From an uncultured virus (IMG/VR IMGVR_UViG_3300031455_000002) (taxonomy: Duplodnaviria; Heunggongvirae; Uroviricota; Caudoviricetes): a stretch of DNA of 64,000 nt. Positions 38,140 through 47,737 of the stretch are shown here, piece after piece. A model generated the notes under the pieces. The model saw nothing but the letters and a program-made list of their open reading frames with translations. It did no database searches and was not told the DNA's origin. The stretch is from the IMG/VR virus record IMGVR_UViG_3300031455_000002; one strand, given 5' to 3'. Positions within the stretch are counted from its first letter, which is position 1. The number at the start of each line of letters is the position of its first letter. Position numbers and translations under genes: made by a program.

Positions 38140-38663
38140 GCTATCTCATCGGCAGAGGGCCTCGAGCCAGCCAGACCTACCCGAGTCGCGCGGCCACGGG
38201 CGCGGTCGGTCCGCAGGGACCCGCTGGCCCTCAAGGAACGACCGGGGCGACGGGCACACAACTGGCCCCCAAGGATCGACTGGATTGACGGGCCCCCAGG
38301 GGCCTCAGGGCCCCACCGGAGAGAACAATGTCGTGTTCGAACACCACTACGATAGCCAGTGCGGCCATAACGGTGGCCGCCGGATCTAGGATCAAGATCG
38401 AAGGAAGCATCTCTGTCAGAGAGCAGGATGCCGACTGCGACGCAGTGCTGGCGATCACTGGGATGGTGAACGTCGGGGCCGTGATATATCTCGGGCTCGC
38501 CGATTTCGGATCGCTGTCGTTCACGCACGTCACCGCCCCGCAAGCCGGAGGACAGGTTACGGTCGACATGACGATCAGCGCACTCGGTGCCGGGGCTTCA
38601 CTTATAGGCCCTGTGTCACCCGGCATGACGACACTCGTTCTGACGGAGATCCCAGCCCCATGA
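38136..38663 (+). pseudogene. Fibre-family collagen gene 5, broken by two frameshifts
   Basis: MSYLIGRGPRASQTYP + GPQ repeats; collagen resumes in another frame at ~38262, and the C-terminal beta domain in a third frame at ~38340. Confidence 0.7.
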
Positions 38664-38743
38664 CCTCGGGAACGTTCCCTATCTGTACTCACCCTCACGG
38701 AGATCCTGCCGTGACATTGTTTTCGTAAAGAAAGAGAGAAGCC

Positions 38744-39937
38744 ATGAGCCAGATCATCGGAAGAGGGAGGTACGCGCGCGAGACATACCCGCAGAGAAGC
38801 GTCCAGGACAACAGCGAGCTCGATATTCTCGTAGCGATCCTCGAGCACAACGTGCAGCTCCAGGGAGAGCCGTTACAGGTCAACGCGAGCACACTTGTGC
38901 TCGACTCGCCTCTTTACACACTGCTCCCCGGCGTTGTTCTTTTCCCCGGTTCACCGACCGTGAAGGTGACCGGCAGCATCACACTGGAAGGCGATACGGA
39001 TGATATCATCTCATTCACTTTGGTACGTGATCGCGGAACTCCTGAAGAAGTCGTTCTGACCACGCAAGGTAGCAGACTAGGTACTGACGAAGACGATTTG
39101 GCTTTGACTGCCACTCTGGTGTCTTTGGACGTCAACCTCGTCGAGGGATCGACACACGTATGGTCGATAGTGGCAACTTCTCTTGGCGCAAAGGATATCG
39201 CTCCTACAGCGTTTCCAGCACTCATCCTGGTCGAGCAGAAGCCATCAGGAACCTCCGTCAGTATCCCGACGCCTCCGACGGCTACGGTCGATCTGCTCAC
39301 GGCCGGCAACTTCGCCGCGTTCGGTGGAAGCGGGATCACGACCACCGGCGGCTCGACCATCGACGGCAATATCGGTGTCAGCCCGGCGGTCACATCCACT
39401 GCGATCACCGGCTTCGATCTTGTTCTTGATGGGGACGGCGAGTTCGCTACATCCACCCAGGTGACAGGACAGGTATTCGCATTCAACTACGCGAACCTGA
39501 CACCTGCTCTGGTCAATCAGGCAACCCTGGACATGATCACTGCGTACAACGACGCAGCAGGACGGCCCGCAGACGTCACCGCAGCCGGCGGAGACATCAG
39601 TGGCCCTCTCGCAACGGATGCGGTGTACCGGTACACCGGCGCGTCCAGTGTTCTGGCGGCACCGCTCGTACTGGACGGCGGAGGCCCCGGTGGCGTCATC
39701 ATCATCCAGGTGGCGGGCGCCCTCAACATCCAGAACGACATCCTTCTCGCGGACGGGCAGCTCGCTTCGAACGTGTTCATCGTCACGGCCGGTCAGGTCA
39801 CTATCGCCCCCGGCGTGACGGTCAACGCGAACATCCTGAGCCAGACCGGTATCGCTATGCAGGCCGGCGCGGTGCTCAACGGACGAGCTCTCGCACAGAC
39901 GGCAGTCACGCTCATCAACAACACGATCAACCCCTGA
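38744..39937 (+). CDS. Fibre-family protein 6 with ice-binding (DUF3494) domain
   Basis: MSQIIGRGRYARETYP; VDLLTAGNFA...IDGNIGVSP...AITGF...DMITAYNDAAGR...GRALAQTAVTL. Confidence 0.88.
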   Translation: MSQIIGRGRYARETYPQRSVQDNSELDILVAILEHNVQLQGEPLQVNASTLVLDSPLYTLLPGVVLFPGSPTVKVTGSITLEGDTDDIISFTLVRDRGTPEEVVLTTQGSRLGTDEDDLALTATLVSLDVNLVEGSTHVWSIVATSLGAKDIAPTAFPALILVEQKPSGTSVSIPTPPTATVDLLTAGNFAAFGGSGITTTGGSTIDGNIGVSPAVTSTAITGFDLVLDGDGEFATSTQVTGQVFAFNYANLTPALVNQATLDMITAYNDAAGRPADVTAAGGDISGPLATDAVYRYTGASSVLAAPLVLDGGGPGGVIIIQVAGALNIQNDILLADGQLASNVFIVTAGQVTIAPGVTVNANILSQTGIAMQAGAVLNGRALAQTAVTLINNTINP

Positions 39938-39950
39938 TGAGGCCTCCCAC

Positions 39951-40160
39951 ATGCGCCGCAAATTGACCACTCTCAAAGCCAAGTCCGGTCACTCCGAGAA
40001 CGGCGCTCCTCGCCAGCTCATCGACGAAGCGCTCTACCTCGAGCGCCGACGAGTCGCCACCAACCCGTACTCCACCGTGTTCTCGGGATGGAGCAACGCG
40101 ACCAGGCCGCGTGACTCAGCAATCAGTCTGCGTCGGACGGTCGAAGTCGAGCCTGGATAG
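39951..40160 (+). CDS. Hypothetical protein (possibly truncated)
   Basis: GAGG RBS; short ORF. Confidence 0.4.
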   Translation: MRRKLTTLKAKSGHSENGAPRQLIDEALYLERRRVATNPYSTVFSGWSNATRPRDSAISLRRTVEVEPG

Positions 40161-40226
40161 CCTGCGTTTCCGCAGGTTTGCACACCTCCTCTTCGCATCC
40201 ACCGGGAAATACGGTAGATTTCCCAC

Positions 40227-40601
40227 ATGACCGAAGCCCGTCTCTACCTCGAGTCGCTCTGGATCGGTCTGCCTTGGCTGCTCCTCACCGTAGGCATTTT
40301 CGGCACCGTGTACGGCTCGAGGAAGCATGTCCCGCAGGCATGGGTGTGGTTCGACAACGTCTCGCCCGACGGCAATCTTCGCCACCTCGTGCAGGGGCTC
40401 CCCTCGGTCGCCGCAGGCGCGTTCATTGGGGCTCTCCTGACCAACGACTGGACGGAGTACCGCGGTATCCTGTCCGGCGCAGCGGCCCCTGTTGCGCACC
40501 TGATCTTGAAGGCGCTCCCGATCCGGTACCAGGGCGCTGTGCGCGCTGTGGTGAAGCGCGTCGGGCTCATCGCCCTAATTCTGTTCATCGAGGTTTCATG
40601 A
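40227..40601 (+). CDS. Membrane protein (holin-like)
   Basis: Three to four hydrophobic segments. Confidence 0.55.
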   Translation: MTEARLYLESLWIGLPWLLLTVGIFGTVYGSRKHVPQAWVWFDNVSPDGNLRHLVQGLPSVAAGAFIGALLTNDWTEYRGILSGAAAPVAHLILKALPIRYQGAVRAVVKRVGLIALILFIEVS

Positions 40602-40750
40602 GCCACATCATCGGTAGAGGTCGTTACCAGAGTGAGACGTACGGGATGACGCCGGCCGCGCTGCTCACGCTCTGGAAGGCGCAGTGCCTGATCCGGGTTG
40701 CTGCGGCGGAGCAGGAGAGCGTTGGAGCTATCAGCGGAGCCGGCGAATGA
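40598..40750 (+). pseudogene. Fibre-family remnant 7
   Basis: MSHIIGRGRYQSETYG; only 50 aa. Confidence 0.6.
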
Positions 40751-40947
40751 AAGATCCGATGCTCCAGTTTTTCACGTGGGCGCATTTACCCCCGCGCCTC
40801 CAGGAAGTCTCGCGGCCGTTCGGTGAGCTCGCTGAGAAGATCGTCGACACGCTCCCGAGAAACCCAGAACGCACCGCGGCACTCAGGAAGCTTCTCGAGG
40901 CAAAGGACTGCGCGGTGCGCGCACTGCTCTACAAGGATTCCGAGTGA
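40747..40947 (+). CDS. Conserved small helical phage protein
   Basis: LQFFTWAHLP...SRPFGELA...PERTAALRKLLEAKDCAVRA. Confidence 0.8.
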   Translation: MKDPMLQFFTWAHLPPRLQEVSRPFGELAEKIVDTLPRNPERTAALRKLLEAKDCAVRALLYKDSE

Positions 40948-41747
40948 AGTTCCTCGATCGCCTCCGAGGCTTCTCGAACCGTGGCACAGGCTGGGTCGAT
41001 GGCCTGTACCCGACGGTGGAGCGCATCGCTCTGTCCGATCGTCTCGTCGCGGCGTCCTCGAGCACGCGCGTACGTCCCGACGAGGGTGGCTGCACACGTC
41101 CCCTCTGGGTGACGGATCAGGGCTCCGAAGAGAGCTGCACAGACCACGCGGGGACCGGCTGCGCGTACGAGCTCACCGGCTTCAAAGGTGTACCTGGCGT
41201 CGCGTGGTGGTTCGGTCGCGCTTTCGATCTCGGGTTCGGTGAGACGCCGCCAAAATACACCGTGCTACCCAACGTAGGCGTGTCGATGCATGGGTTCTGT
41301 CGAGCGCTCGAGAAGCACGGCATCACGACCGAAGGGACGTGGGGGCCAGGGAAGCCGAATTACCCGCACCGGATCCCTCCGGGGCTCGCCAGGCTCTCGG
41401 CGCAGCGACTCAACCTGGAGCTCCAACCGATCTACGCGGTCGGGCGTGCAGCGGTCGATGCACTGCTCGATCATCTGCTCACGGAGCGCCCTGCAATCCT
41501 CGTAGTGCGCGCCGACTCAGCTTACCGCCACCCGAATGCGAATGGGGTAGTCGGCCCCGCGTCGGGCTCCGGAGGACTCCACGCGGTCCGTGTGCGCCGA
41601 TACCGCCGGGTGTCCGATGGGAGCTACCAGTTCCTCTCTCCAGGCTCCTGGGGACCCTTCTTCGGCATCCAGGGGGAGGTCTGGCTCGACGAGTCGCGCG
41701 TCTCGCACGCGCCGGCTGCAATCAACCTGGCGATGAAGGTGTCTTGA
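40944..41747 (+). CDS. Papain-like (C1) cysteine peptidase
   Basis: DQGSEESCT (Gln, Cys), GLHAV (His), GSWG..FGIQG.VWL. Confidence 0.75.
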   Translation: MKFLDRLRGFSNRGTGWVDGLYPTVERIALSDRLVAASSSTRVRPDEGGCTRPLWVTDQGSEESCTDHAGTGCAYELTGFKGVPGVAWWFGRAFDLGFGETPPKYTVLPNVGVSMHGFCRALEKHGITTEGTWGPGKPNYPHRIPPGLARLSAQRLNLELQPIYAVGRAAVDALLDHLLTERPAILVVRADSAYRHPNANGVVGPASGSGGLHAVRVRRYRRVSDGSYQFLSPGSWGPFFGIQGEVWLDESRVSHAPAAINLAMKVS

Positions 41748-42001
41748 TGCTGCGCTATTTGCTGGCTCTGTGGTTGGTTTCCTGCGGTCCGCCGCCTGTC
41801 GTGGTCGTTCCGGACGGCCCGGGGGATTGCACCAGCGCGTGCGCGAACCTCGAGCGGCTCGGCGGGTGCGGGATCGATCTGACGAACTGCGAAGGGCTGT
41901 GCCGCGACGCGGAGCAGGCTGAGGCGGAGCTCGGGGTGACGTTCCCGGTCGGGTGTTTCTCGGCGTCGCAGAGCTGCGATGAAGCGGGAGGGTGCTCGTA
42001 A
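41747..42001 (+). CDS. Cys-rich lipoprotein
   Basis: Lipobox [12 protein letters not shown]...C. Confidence 0.7.
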   Translation: MLRYLLALWLVSCGPPPVVVVPDGPGDCTSACANLERLGGCGIDLTNCEGLCRDAEQAEAELGVTFPVGCFSASQSCDEAGGCS

Positions 42002-42576
42002 TGCCTGTTTGTCCGGGTGGTGGAGGGGAACCGGGGCCGCAGGGGCCTCAGGGTCCGCAAGGGCCGGCAGGGCCACAGGGGCCTCAAGGGCCGCAAGGTG
42101 CGGTCGGGCCGCAGGGGCCTCAAGGGCCGCAAGGTGCGGTCGGGCCGCAGGGGCCTCAGGGTCCGGTCGGGCCGCAGGGGCCACAAGGGGAATCAGGATT
42201 CCCGACTATCGCACAATGGGGATTCCAAGCCGCTCCGGCAGCAGACGCTGATAGATATATTCCGTCAAATTTTGGAGCGGTAATTACACCTGGTGCGGCA
42301 GCGGCCGGTAATACACTAGTTAGTAAGAGCGGGACTATTCGTCAGATAGCTGTATTCGTGAATAGTGCATTAGTCTCTAACGCTATAACGTTTACGGTAA
42401 GAATCAATGGCGTCGATTCGGCAATAACGGTAACAGTTCCGCCAATGACTAATAGTGTAAATGTAACTGGACTTGCTGTTGCCGTAGTAATTGGGGATGT
42501 ACTAACCGTGAAAGTGCGCCAAAACGGTACTGAAGTAAACAGCCTTTTGAGCGCAAGAGTGTCAATTTCAGGTTAA
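42001..42576 (+). CDS. Collagen-like fibre protein
   Basis: About 18 G-X-Y (mostly GPQ) triplets plus a beta-rich head. Confidence 0.85.
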   Translation: MPVCPGGGGEPGPQGPQGPQGPAGPQGPQGPQGAVGPQGPQGPQGAVGPQGPQGPVGPQGPQGESGFPTIAQWGFQAAPAADADRYIPSNFGAVITPGAAAAGNTLVSKSGTIRQIAVFVNSALVSNAITFTVRINGVDSAITVTVPPMTNSVNVTGLAVAVVIGDVLTVKVRQNGTEVNSLLSARVSISG

Positions 42577-42578
42577 TC

Positions 42579-42905
42579 ATGAGATATGCTCAACTAAACC
42601 CCGTATCGTTGGTTATGAATGTTATTGACGTCACCCCAGCACAAGCGGCACAGCTCACTACTCAGACGATACCAATCTTTGATGCTCCTGCGCCTGATCC
42701 TGGAAGCTTTTGGAATGGTTTCTCATTCGACCCCCCAGAGAAACCTGTCACACCGTCATTGACCGAGTTGAAAATCGAGGTCGAACGGATGATCCTGAAT
42801 CGGAAGAAACTATCCGATGCGATCCAAGACGGATCATTAGTTGATCGTGTAGCCGCTGCTACAACCAAAGAAGAAGTTCAAGCCATCGAAGCGGAACTCT
42901 TCTGA
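42579..42905 (+). CDS. Fibre-associated chaperone-like protein
   Basis: MRYAQL...WNGFSFDPP...AATTKEEVQAI pattern typical of fibre partner genes. Confidence 0.6.
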   Translation: MRYAQLNPVSLVMNVIDVTPAQAAQLTTQTIPIFDAPAPDPGSFWNGFSFDPPEKPVTPSLTELKIEVERMILNRKKLSDAIQDGSLVDRVAAATTKEEVQAIEAELF

Positions 42906-42986
42906 AGAAGCCCCGCGCGAGAGTGAAACAATGGAGTTCAAGCATTACAAGTCGGACTCGACTACGATTATTTCCGCTACCTCAGC

Positions 42987-43087
42987 GTGCATAGACATGG
43001 TACCGTAGATACATCTATGCCCTACATCATCGGAAAACGCAGCTACGCCACCGAGACGTACCCCGTGGGGCCGCGTGGTGGCGGCGG
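42987..43087 (+). repeat. 101-bp direct repeat, copy 1 (copy 2 at 43941-44041)
   Basis: Two mismatches; covers 30 nt upstream and the first ~24 codons of two fibre genes. Confidence 0.9.
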
Positions 43088-43616
43088 CGGGGGCGTCCTG
43101 CAATGGGGTTTCGATCAGACGCTCAAGGGTCAGGACGGCGTGCTCTCGCTGTCGCGGCTGCGGCGGGACTTCGACGGCAACCCGATCCGGGTGCGACTGA
43201 CGAACCTCACCCCCGGCAACGGCCTGCGCGTGCTGTGGACCGGGAATTTCGAGAATGATGCGCTCGAAGAGTTCAATTCGATCAGCGTGATTCCGATCGT
43301 GTCCTTCGCCCCGGTGCCGGAGCCGGCTTTCCCCGCTGACTATGGGCTGCTCATCATGGCCGGCGACTACGAGCCGTTTCTCAGCGGCGAGCAAGACGAC
43401 TACCGCACGCTCGCCGGGCTTGGTGTGAGCATCATTCCCGACGGCGTCACGCAGGCCACGATCGAGCTCATGGGGCAGTCCAACGCCTCGGTGAGGTACG
43501 GAATTACCTTCGTCATGCGCGGCGTGCAGCTCGAGGCATCAGAGCTCGCTGCGTCCATCCTCGCACCCACGGCGTATCCGGACGATCCAGGCTGGAGCGA
43601 AGTCGTCCCCATCTAG
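43017..43616 (+). CDS. Fibre-family protein 8
   Basis: [16 protein letters not shown] + beta domain. Confidence 0.75.
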   Translation: MPYIIGKRSYATETYPVGPRGGGGGGVLQWGFDQTLKGQDGVLSLSRLRRDFDGNPIRVRLTNLTPGNGLRVLWTGNFENDALEEFNSISVIPIVSFAPVPEPAFPADYGLLIMAGDYEPFLSGEQDDYRTLAGLGVSIIPDGVTQATIELMGQSNASVRYGITFVMRGVQLEASELAASILAPTAYPDDPGWSEVVPI

Positions 43617-43631
43617 GAAAGGAAACTCCCG

Positions 43632-43886
43632 ATGCGAATCCGGATCACTCGTGCCGAGCTCGTCGCCGCCCACGCGTGCCAGCTCGACGCCTTCGACGCT
43701 TCGCCCAATCGCGTGGGCGATGTCGTCGAAACGACGCCGGAGCAGTGGGCCGAGCGCGATCCGATCGGCCTGCTGTGGGCGATCCGCAAGGGCCTCGTGC
43801 GCCTGTCGTACACCGAGGCGATCGCGCTCGTGCGCGCCAAGCACGGCGCCGACTGGGAGAAAACACGAGGGCGGCCTGTGGCTTAG
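43632..43886 (+). CDS. Hypothetical protein related to the N-terminus of the pentapeptide protein
   Basis: RITRAELVAAHAC..DAFD versus [13 protein letters not shown]...ALFD. Confidence 0.55.
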   Translation: MRIRITRAELVAAHACQLDAFDASPNRVGDVVETTPEQWAERDPIGLLWAIRKGLVRLSYTEAIALVRAKHGADWEKTRGRPVA

Positions 43887-43970
43887 GGTAGTCGCTGCCT
43901 GCACCGGTACGAACGTGGAGCTTCTCGGCGCCGAGATGATGTGCATAGACATGGTACCGTAGATACATCT

Positions 43971-44624
43971 ATGCCCTACATCATCGGAAAACGCAGCTAC
44001 GCCACCGAGACGTACCCCTCGGGGCCGCGTGGTGGCGGCGGTGGGCCCGGTCCGCCAGGGCCTCAAGGGCCGCAAGGGGACACGGGGGCCGCAGGCCCTC
44101 AAGGGGCGCCGGGGGCCCAGGGGCCTCAGGGCAATGCCGGCGTGGCGGGCTCTCAAGGCCCCCAAGGAACCAGTGGCCCCCAAGGCCCGCAGGGCAACAT
44201 CGGCGCCCAGGGGCCCCAAGGAGACGCCGGAGCGACGGGCCCCCAAGGACCCCAGGGGAACGACGGCGCAGCGGGTCCTCAGGGCGCTCAGGGGGCACAA
44301 GGGGCACAGGGGCCAGAGGGGCCCGTCTCCCTGACAACCGTCGGGAGCGGCTCCACGAACGTACAGGGCTTCGGCTCCGTCACCCTTGGGCCCTTCACGC
44401 GGGCGGCGACGAGTGAGCGGCCCTGGGCCTGGTGCTACCCAAGGACGACGGGCGGAGGCGATGACTGGTTCCCGCACAACGATTCAGACGTACAAGGCGC
44501 ATTCGCGTGGGTGCTCCTGAACAATGCCGAGGCCGATCCGTCCCTGGAGTTCAGCATGCGGATCTGGAACAATACAGGGAGCGACTCGATCGTCGATTGG
44601 TCCGTGCTGGGATACACGCCATGA
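43971..44624 (+). CDS. Fibre-family collagen protein 9
   Basis: [16 protein letters not shown] + ~31 G-X-Y triplets + head domain. Confidence 0.85.
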   Translation: MPYIIGKRSYATETYPSGPRGGGGGPGPPGPQGPQGDTGAAGPQGAPGAQGPQGNAGVAGSQGPQGTSGPQGPQGNIGAQGPQGDAGATGPQGPQGNDGAAGPQGAQGAQGAQGPEGPVSLTTVGSGSTNVQGFGSVTLGPFTRAATSERPWAWCYPRTTGGGDDWFPHNDSDVQGAFAWVLLNNAEADPSLEFSMRIWNNTGSDSIVDWSVLGYTP

Positions 44625-44827
44625 TCTGCGACAACTGCCAGAAAGTGATCCCCCCGGGAGCATTTCGCACACGCCGGACGCAATGGTCCGACCGCGCGAG
44701 CCAAAAACGGGCACAAGCGACGCTGGGGAGGACCCGGGTGTTCGATGCATCCGAAGCGGCATCGGACGAGACGTTGTGCGAGACATGCCTCCCGAAAACA
44801 GCGCCGGTCACTAGGCACACTCCGTAG
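44621..44827 (+). CDS. Zn-ribbon protein
   Basis: MICDNCQK...LCETC. Confidence 0.55.
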   Translation: MICDNCQKVIPPGAFRTRRTQWSDRASQKRAQATLGRTRVFDASEAASDETLCETCLPKTAPVTRHTP

Positions 44828-44837
44828 GAATAAGACC

Positions 44838-45013
44838 ATGACCAAAGTGATCGGCAGAGGCAGGTACGCGACCCGGGCTCACCCGCGGACAGCCGGCGGG
44901 AGCTTGGCTACTCCAGGGATGAACGTCTCTCTCTCTCTCTCCGCGTGACCGAGCTCCTCGCTTCGGCCGTATCGCAGGCGGGCCCGGGCGCGCTGTCCCC
45001 GCTGGTTCCGTAG
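44838..45013 (+). pseudogene. Fibre-family remnant 10 containing a (TC)8 tract
   Basis: MTKVIGRGRYAT; losing one TC gives ...SLRVTELLASAVSQAGPG...*, similar to the C-terminus of protein 8. Confidence 0.55.
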
Positions 45014-45072
45014 CCATATCGCCCGGTTATCTCCCGTAGCGTTGACCGCGCCTGCGGTGGTATCCTCCCGGG

Positions 45073-46737
45073 ATGCACGATCGATCGCCGGGCGCAGCCC
45101 CCTTCGCCTCCAGAATGCGCCCTATGGTCGACGAGCGGCTTTTGTCCGGCGTCGGCCAGCTCGATCCGGAAGCGTGGGCGGAACAGCAAGTCGGTTTGCA
45201 GAAAGTGCGCGAAGATCGGGCCAAGCATCAATTTGGCCCTGACAAGTGGGCTGAGTTCGAACGGCGAGCTCCTGGACGCCGCGTTACTCGCGAGAACTAT
45301 CAAGAGCGTTTCGTGCTGCTAGATCAAATGGGCTACAAGCCCAGCACCCGCAGTCAAGGCTTTCATCTTTTCGATTCTGCCGGTAGCACTGTCAAGAAGG
45401 TCGGTAAGGCGGCCATCAAGCTCGGAGGAGACATCATCACGGCCCCAACCAAGGGTCTCGCCGCACTCACGAAGAACATCCCCGTACTCGGCGACGTGAC
45501 CCGCATCGTGGACAACGTTGCGTCTGGTCCCGCGAATCTCGCGAACTCGATCGCGTCTGGAGCACGTCTTGATCAAGCTGCGCTCAAGCACCTCAAGTCA
45601 GAGCTCAAGAACATCAAGGACGCAGCGCCGTACGCGCAGATGGTCGTGTCGGTCGTCCCTGGTGTCGGCACTGGAGTAGCTGCTGCGATCGGTGCAGGCG
45701 CTGCGCTCGCCGAGGGCAAGAGCATCGACGACATCGCGAAGGCAGTCATCCGAAGCTCGTTGCCGGGAGGTGCGCTTGCAGCGTCAGCGTATGACACAGC
45801 GCTCAAGGTCGCTGCCGGAGGCAACGTGGCGCAAGCCACGCTCGAAGCCGCCCGTGCGCAGTTGCCAAAAGCGGCTCGTCATGCGTTCGACATCGGTCTC
45901 GCCGTCGTAACCGGAGAGAACATCCAGAACGCGCTTGCCGATGGATTTACCAATCTGACCCAAGAGAAACTCAGTGAAATCGTCAAGGGTGGCGCTGGCG
46001 CTTTGGTGAAGAGCCAGTTTCTAGTGAAGACGCTGGGGGCGCTACCTAAAGGAGGAGACACGAAGCGAGGTTTCCTTACAGCTATCGGGTTGTTAGGCCA
46101 GACAGGCATCAATGCAAAGGCTCTCGCTGCTGTACGTCACAAGCTGTCGGAGGTCGAGCGAACAGGATTCGATGCTGCACTGAGATCCCAACAGGGCGAA
46201 GTCGCATGGCTCGCGGATGTCCCGAACATGCCGCCTCCTAGTCGACGTACTCCTGCTCTGACTGCAATAGCGGCTGCTCTGACTGCAATAGCGGCCCCGG
46301 CGCGCAAGCCACCTGCGATGACCCCTATCCCTGCTGCCGTGAGGACCCCACCGGCGATGAAAGCGGCCCCGGCGCGCAAGCCACCTGCGATGACCCCTAT
46401 CCCTGCTGCCGTGAGGAAGCCTCCGGCAATGAAAGCAATCGCCCCCAAGGCGCCCTCGAGCCCCGCTGCGTCGGCCGCTCGAAGCCTGTACGGCCCCTAC
46501 CCGCAGCCCCCAGCCTCCGGCGTCGGAGCGTGGTCAAGCGACGCCTGGCGCTGGTTCACGCTTCACGACCGCGGCACTCCGCTGGTGCAGCGCGGACCCG
46601 TCTGGCTCTCCGACAACGCAGCTTTCCAGGAAGAGGCTGAGCTCATCGAGTCAGCACAGCGGCACGGCCGTATCGCCAACGTCGCGAGGTGGGACTGGGA
46701 TGCCGACGCACGTCGCTGGCAGCAAGCGCTGGGGTAA
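45073..46737 (+). CDS. Large Ala-rich helical virion/membrane protein
   Basis: VPGVGTGVAAAIGAGAALA segment; ARKPPAMTPIPAAVR repeats; LSGVG and SGVG motifs. Confidence 0.7.
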   Translation: MHDRSPGAAPFASRMRPMVDERLLSGVGQLDPEAWAEQQVGLQKVREDRAKHQFGPDKWAEFERRAPGRRVTRENYQERFVLLDQMGYKPSTRSQGFHLFDSAGSTVKKVGKAAIKLGGDIITAPTKGLAALTKNIPVLGDVTRIVDNVASGPANLANSIASGARLDQAALKHLKSELKNIKDAAPYAQMVVSVVPGVGTGVAAAIGAGAALAEGKSIDDIAKAVIRSSLPGGALAASAYDTALKVAAGGNVAQATLEAARAQLPKAARHAFDIGLAVVTGENIQNALADGFTNLTQEKLSEIVKGGAGALVKSQFLVKTLGALPKGGDTKRGFLTAIGLLGQTGINAKALAAVRHKLSEVERTGFDAALRSQQGEVAWLADVPNMPPPSRRTPALTAIAAALTAIAAPARKPPAMTPIPAAVRTPPAMKAAPARKPPAMTPIPAAVRKPPAMKAIAPKAPSSPAASAARSLYGPYPQPPASGVGAWSSDAWRWFTLHDRGTPLVQRGPVWLSDNAAFQEEAELIESAQRHGRIANVARWDWDADARRWQQALG

Positions 46738-46740
46738 CAG

Positions 46741-47406
46741 GTGGCCTTCGCAGCGGTCATCCCGTGGGCGCAGCGCGGAGCCGCTACCTACCTCCCCCCG
46801 GCGCAGCTCGCCGAGGGGCTCGTCGCGACCTGGAAGGAGCTGACTGGAGGACTGCCTTACCGTGAGGTCGCCGAGCTCCTTCTGGCCCAAGTGCTGATTG
46901 AGACCAATTGGAGCCGCTCCATGTGGCGATACAACTGGGGAAACATCACGGCAGGTAGCTCGTGGACGGGCGCTATCTGGAGGCCCTCGTGGTACGAGCT
47001 CACACCAGAGTCGAGCGCTCGTGACCTTGATTTGAACGCGAAGATGCTCGTCGGGAAAGCGCCGAAAGCGTTTCGCGCCTACTCATCGCACCAGGAGGGC
47101 GCTGCGGACTACGTGCGGCTCTTGCTTCGTCAGTTTCGACCAATGGTGGTCGCCGCCGAGACCGGAGATCCCGTCGCATTCTCAGAAGCCGTTCGCACCT
47201 CGAGTTACTGTCCTGATTGCGGTAGTGAAAAGTTCGTTCGATCGATCCGATCTCTTCAATCCCAGATCCGTGCCGGAGGGTGGCTGTCCTATCTACCGAG
47301 CGCCAGAAGTGGATCGTCGTGGGTACTTCCTGCGCTTGGGGCTGCGGTGCTCGGAGGGGCTGCTGCGGCCGGAGCGGTCTTGCTGATCAGGGCGACTGAG
47401 CGATGA
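46741..47406 (+). CDS. GH73/FlgJ-like muramidase with C-terminal TM anchor
   Basis: LAQVLIETNW...YNWGNI...FRAYSS.QEGAADYVRLL; TM tail. Confidence 0.75.
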   Translation: MAFAAVIPWAQRGAATYLPPAQLAEGLVATWKELTGGLPYREVAELLLAQVLIETNWSRSMWRYNWGNITAGSSWTGAIWRPSWYELTPESSARDLDLNAKMLVGKAPKAFRAYSSHQEGAADYVRLLLRQFRPMVVAAETGDPVAFSEAVRTSSYCPDCGSEKFVRSIRSLQSQIRAGGWLSYLPSARSGSSWVLPALGAAVLGGAAAAGAVLLIRATER

Positions 47407-47408
47407 GG

Positions 47409-47720
47409 CTACAGGCCAGTTGTTTCCGGGAGTCGACGTATCCTCTTGATGGCCCGATGATCTGCTTCCAACTCAGCAAGCCGAAGATCGTAGTCAGCCT
47501 GAAGGTTCATCCATATCTGAGCACTGGTGCCAAAGAACTGTTCCAGACGAAGCGCAGTATCCGGAGTCAACGCTCGTTCTTCGTTCAAGATCCCGGTGAT
47601 ACGGTTCGTAGGAACGTGCAACTCTCTGGCGAACGCGGCCGCAGACAACTGCAACGCATCGAGCTGCTCCTGCAAAATCTCTCCCGGGCTGATCGGGCGC
47701 ATCTTGTTACGAGGGACCAT
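47409..47720 (-). CDS. higA: HigA antitoxin
   Basis: PISPGEILQE...NRITGILNEERALTPDTALRL..FFGTSAQIWMNLQ. Confidence 0.93.
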   Translation of the reverse strand: MVPRNKMRPISPGEILQEQLDALQLSAAAFARELHVPTNRITGILNEERALTPDTALRLEQFFGTSAQIWMNLQADYDLRLAELEADHRAIKRIRRLPETTGL

Positions 47721-47737
47721 GTTGTTACTCTGCTTTT

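Noticed and set aside
42987..44041. Diversity-generating retroelement TR/VR pair
   Set aside because: No reverse transcriptase is present, the repeat is N-terminal, and the mismatches are not adenine-specific.
45073..46737. Tail tape-measure protein
   Set aside because: It is Ala-rich and helical, but there are no tail tube, chaperone or baseplate neighbours. It fits better as a membrane or DNA-entry protein.
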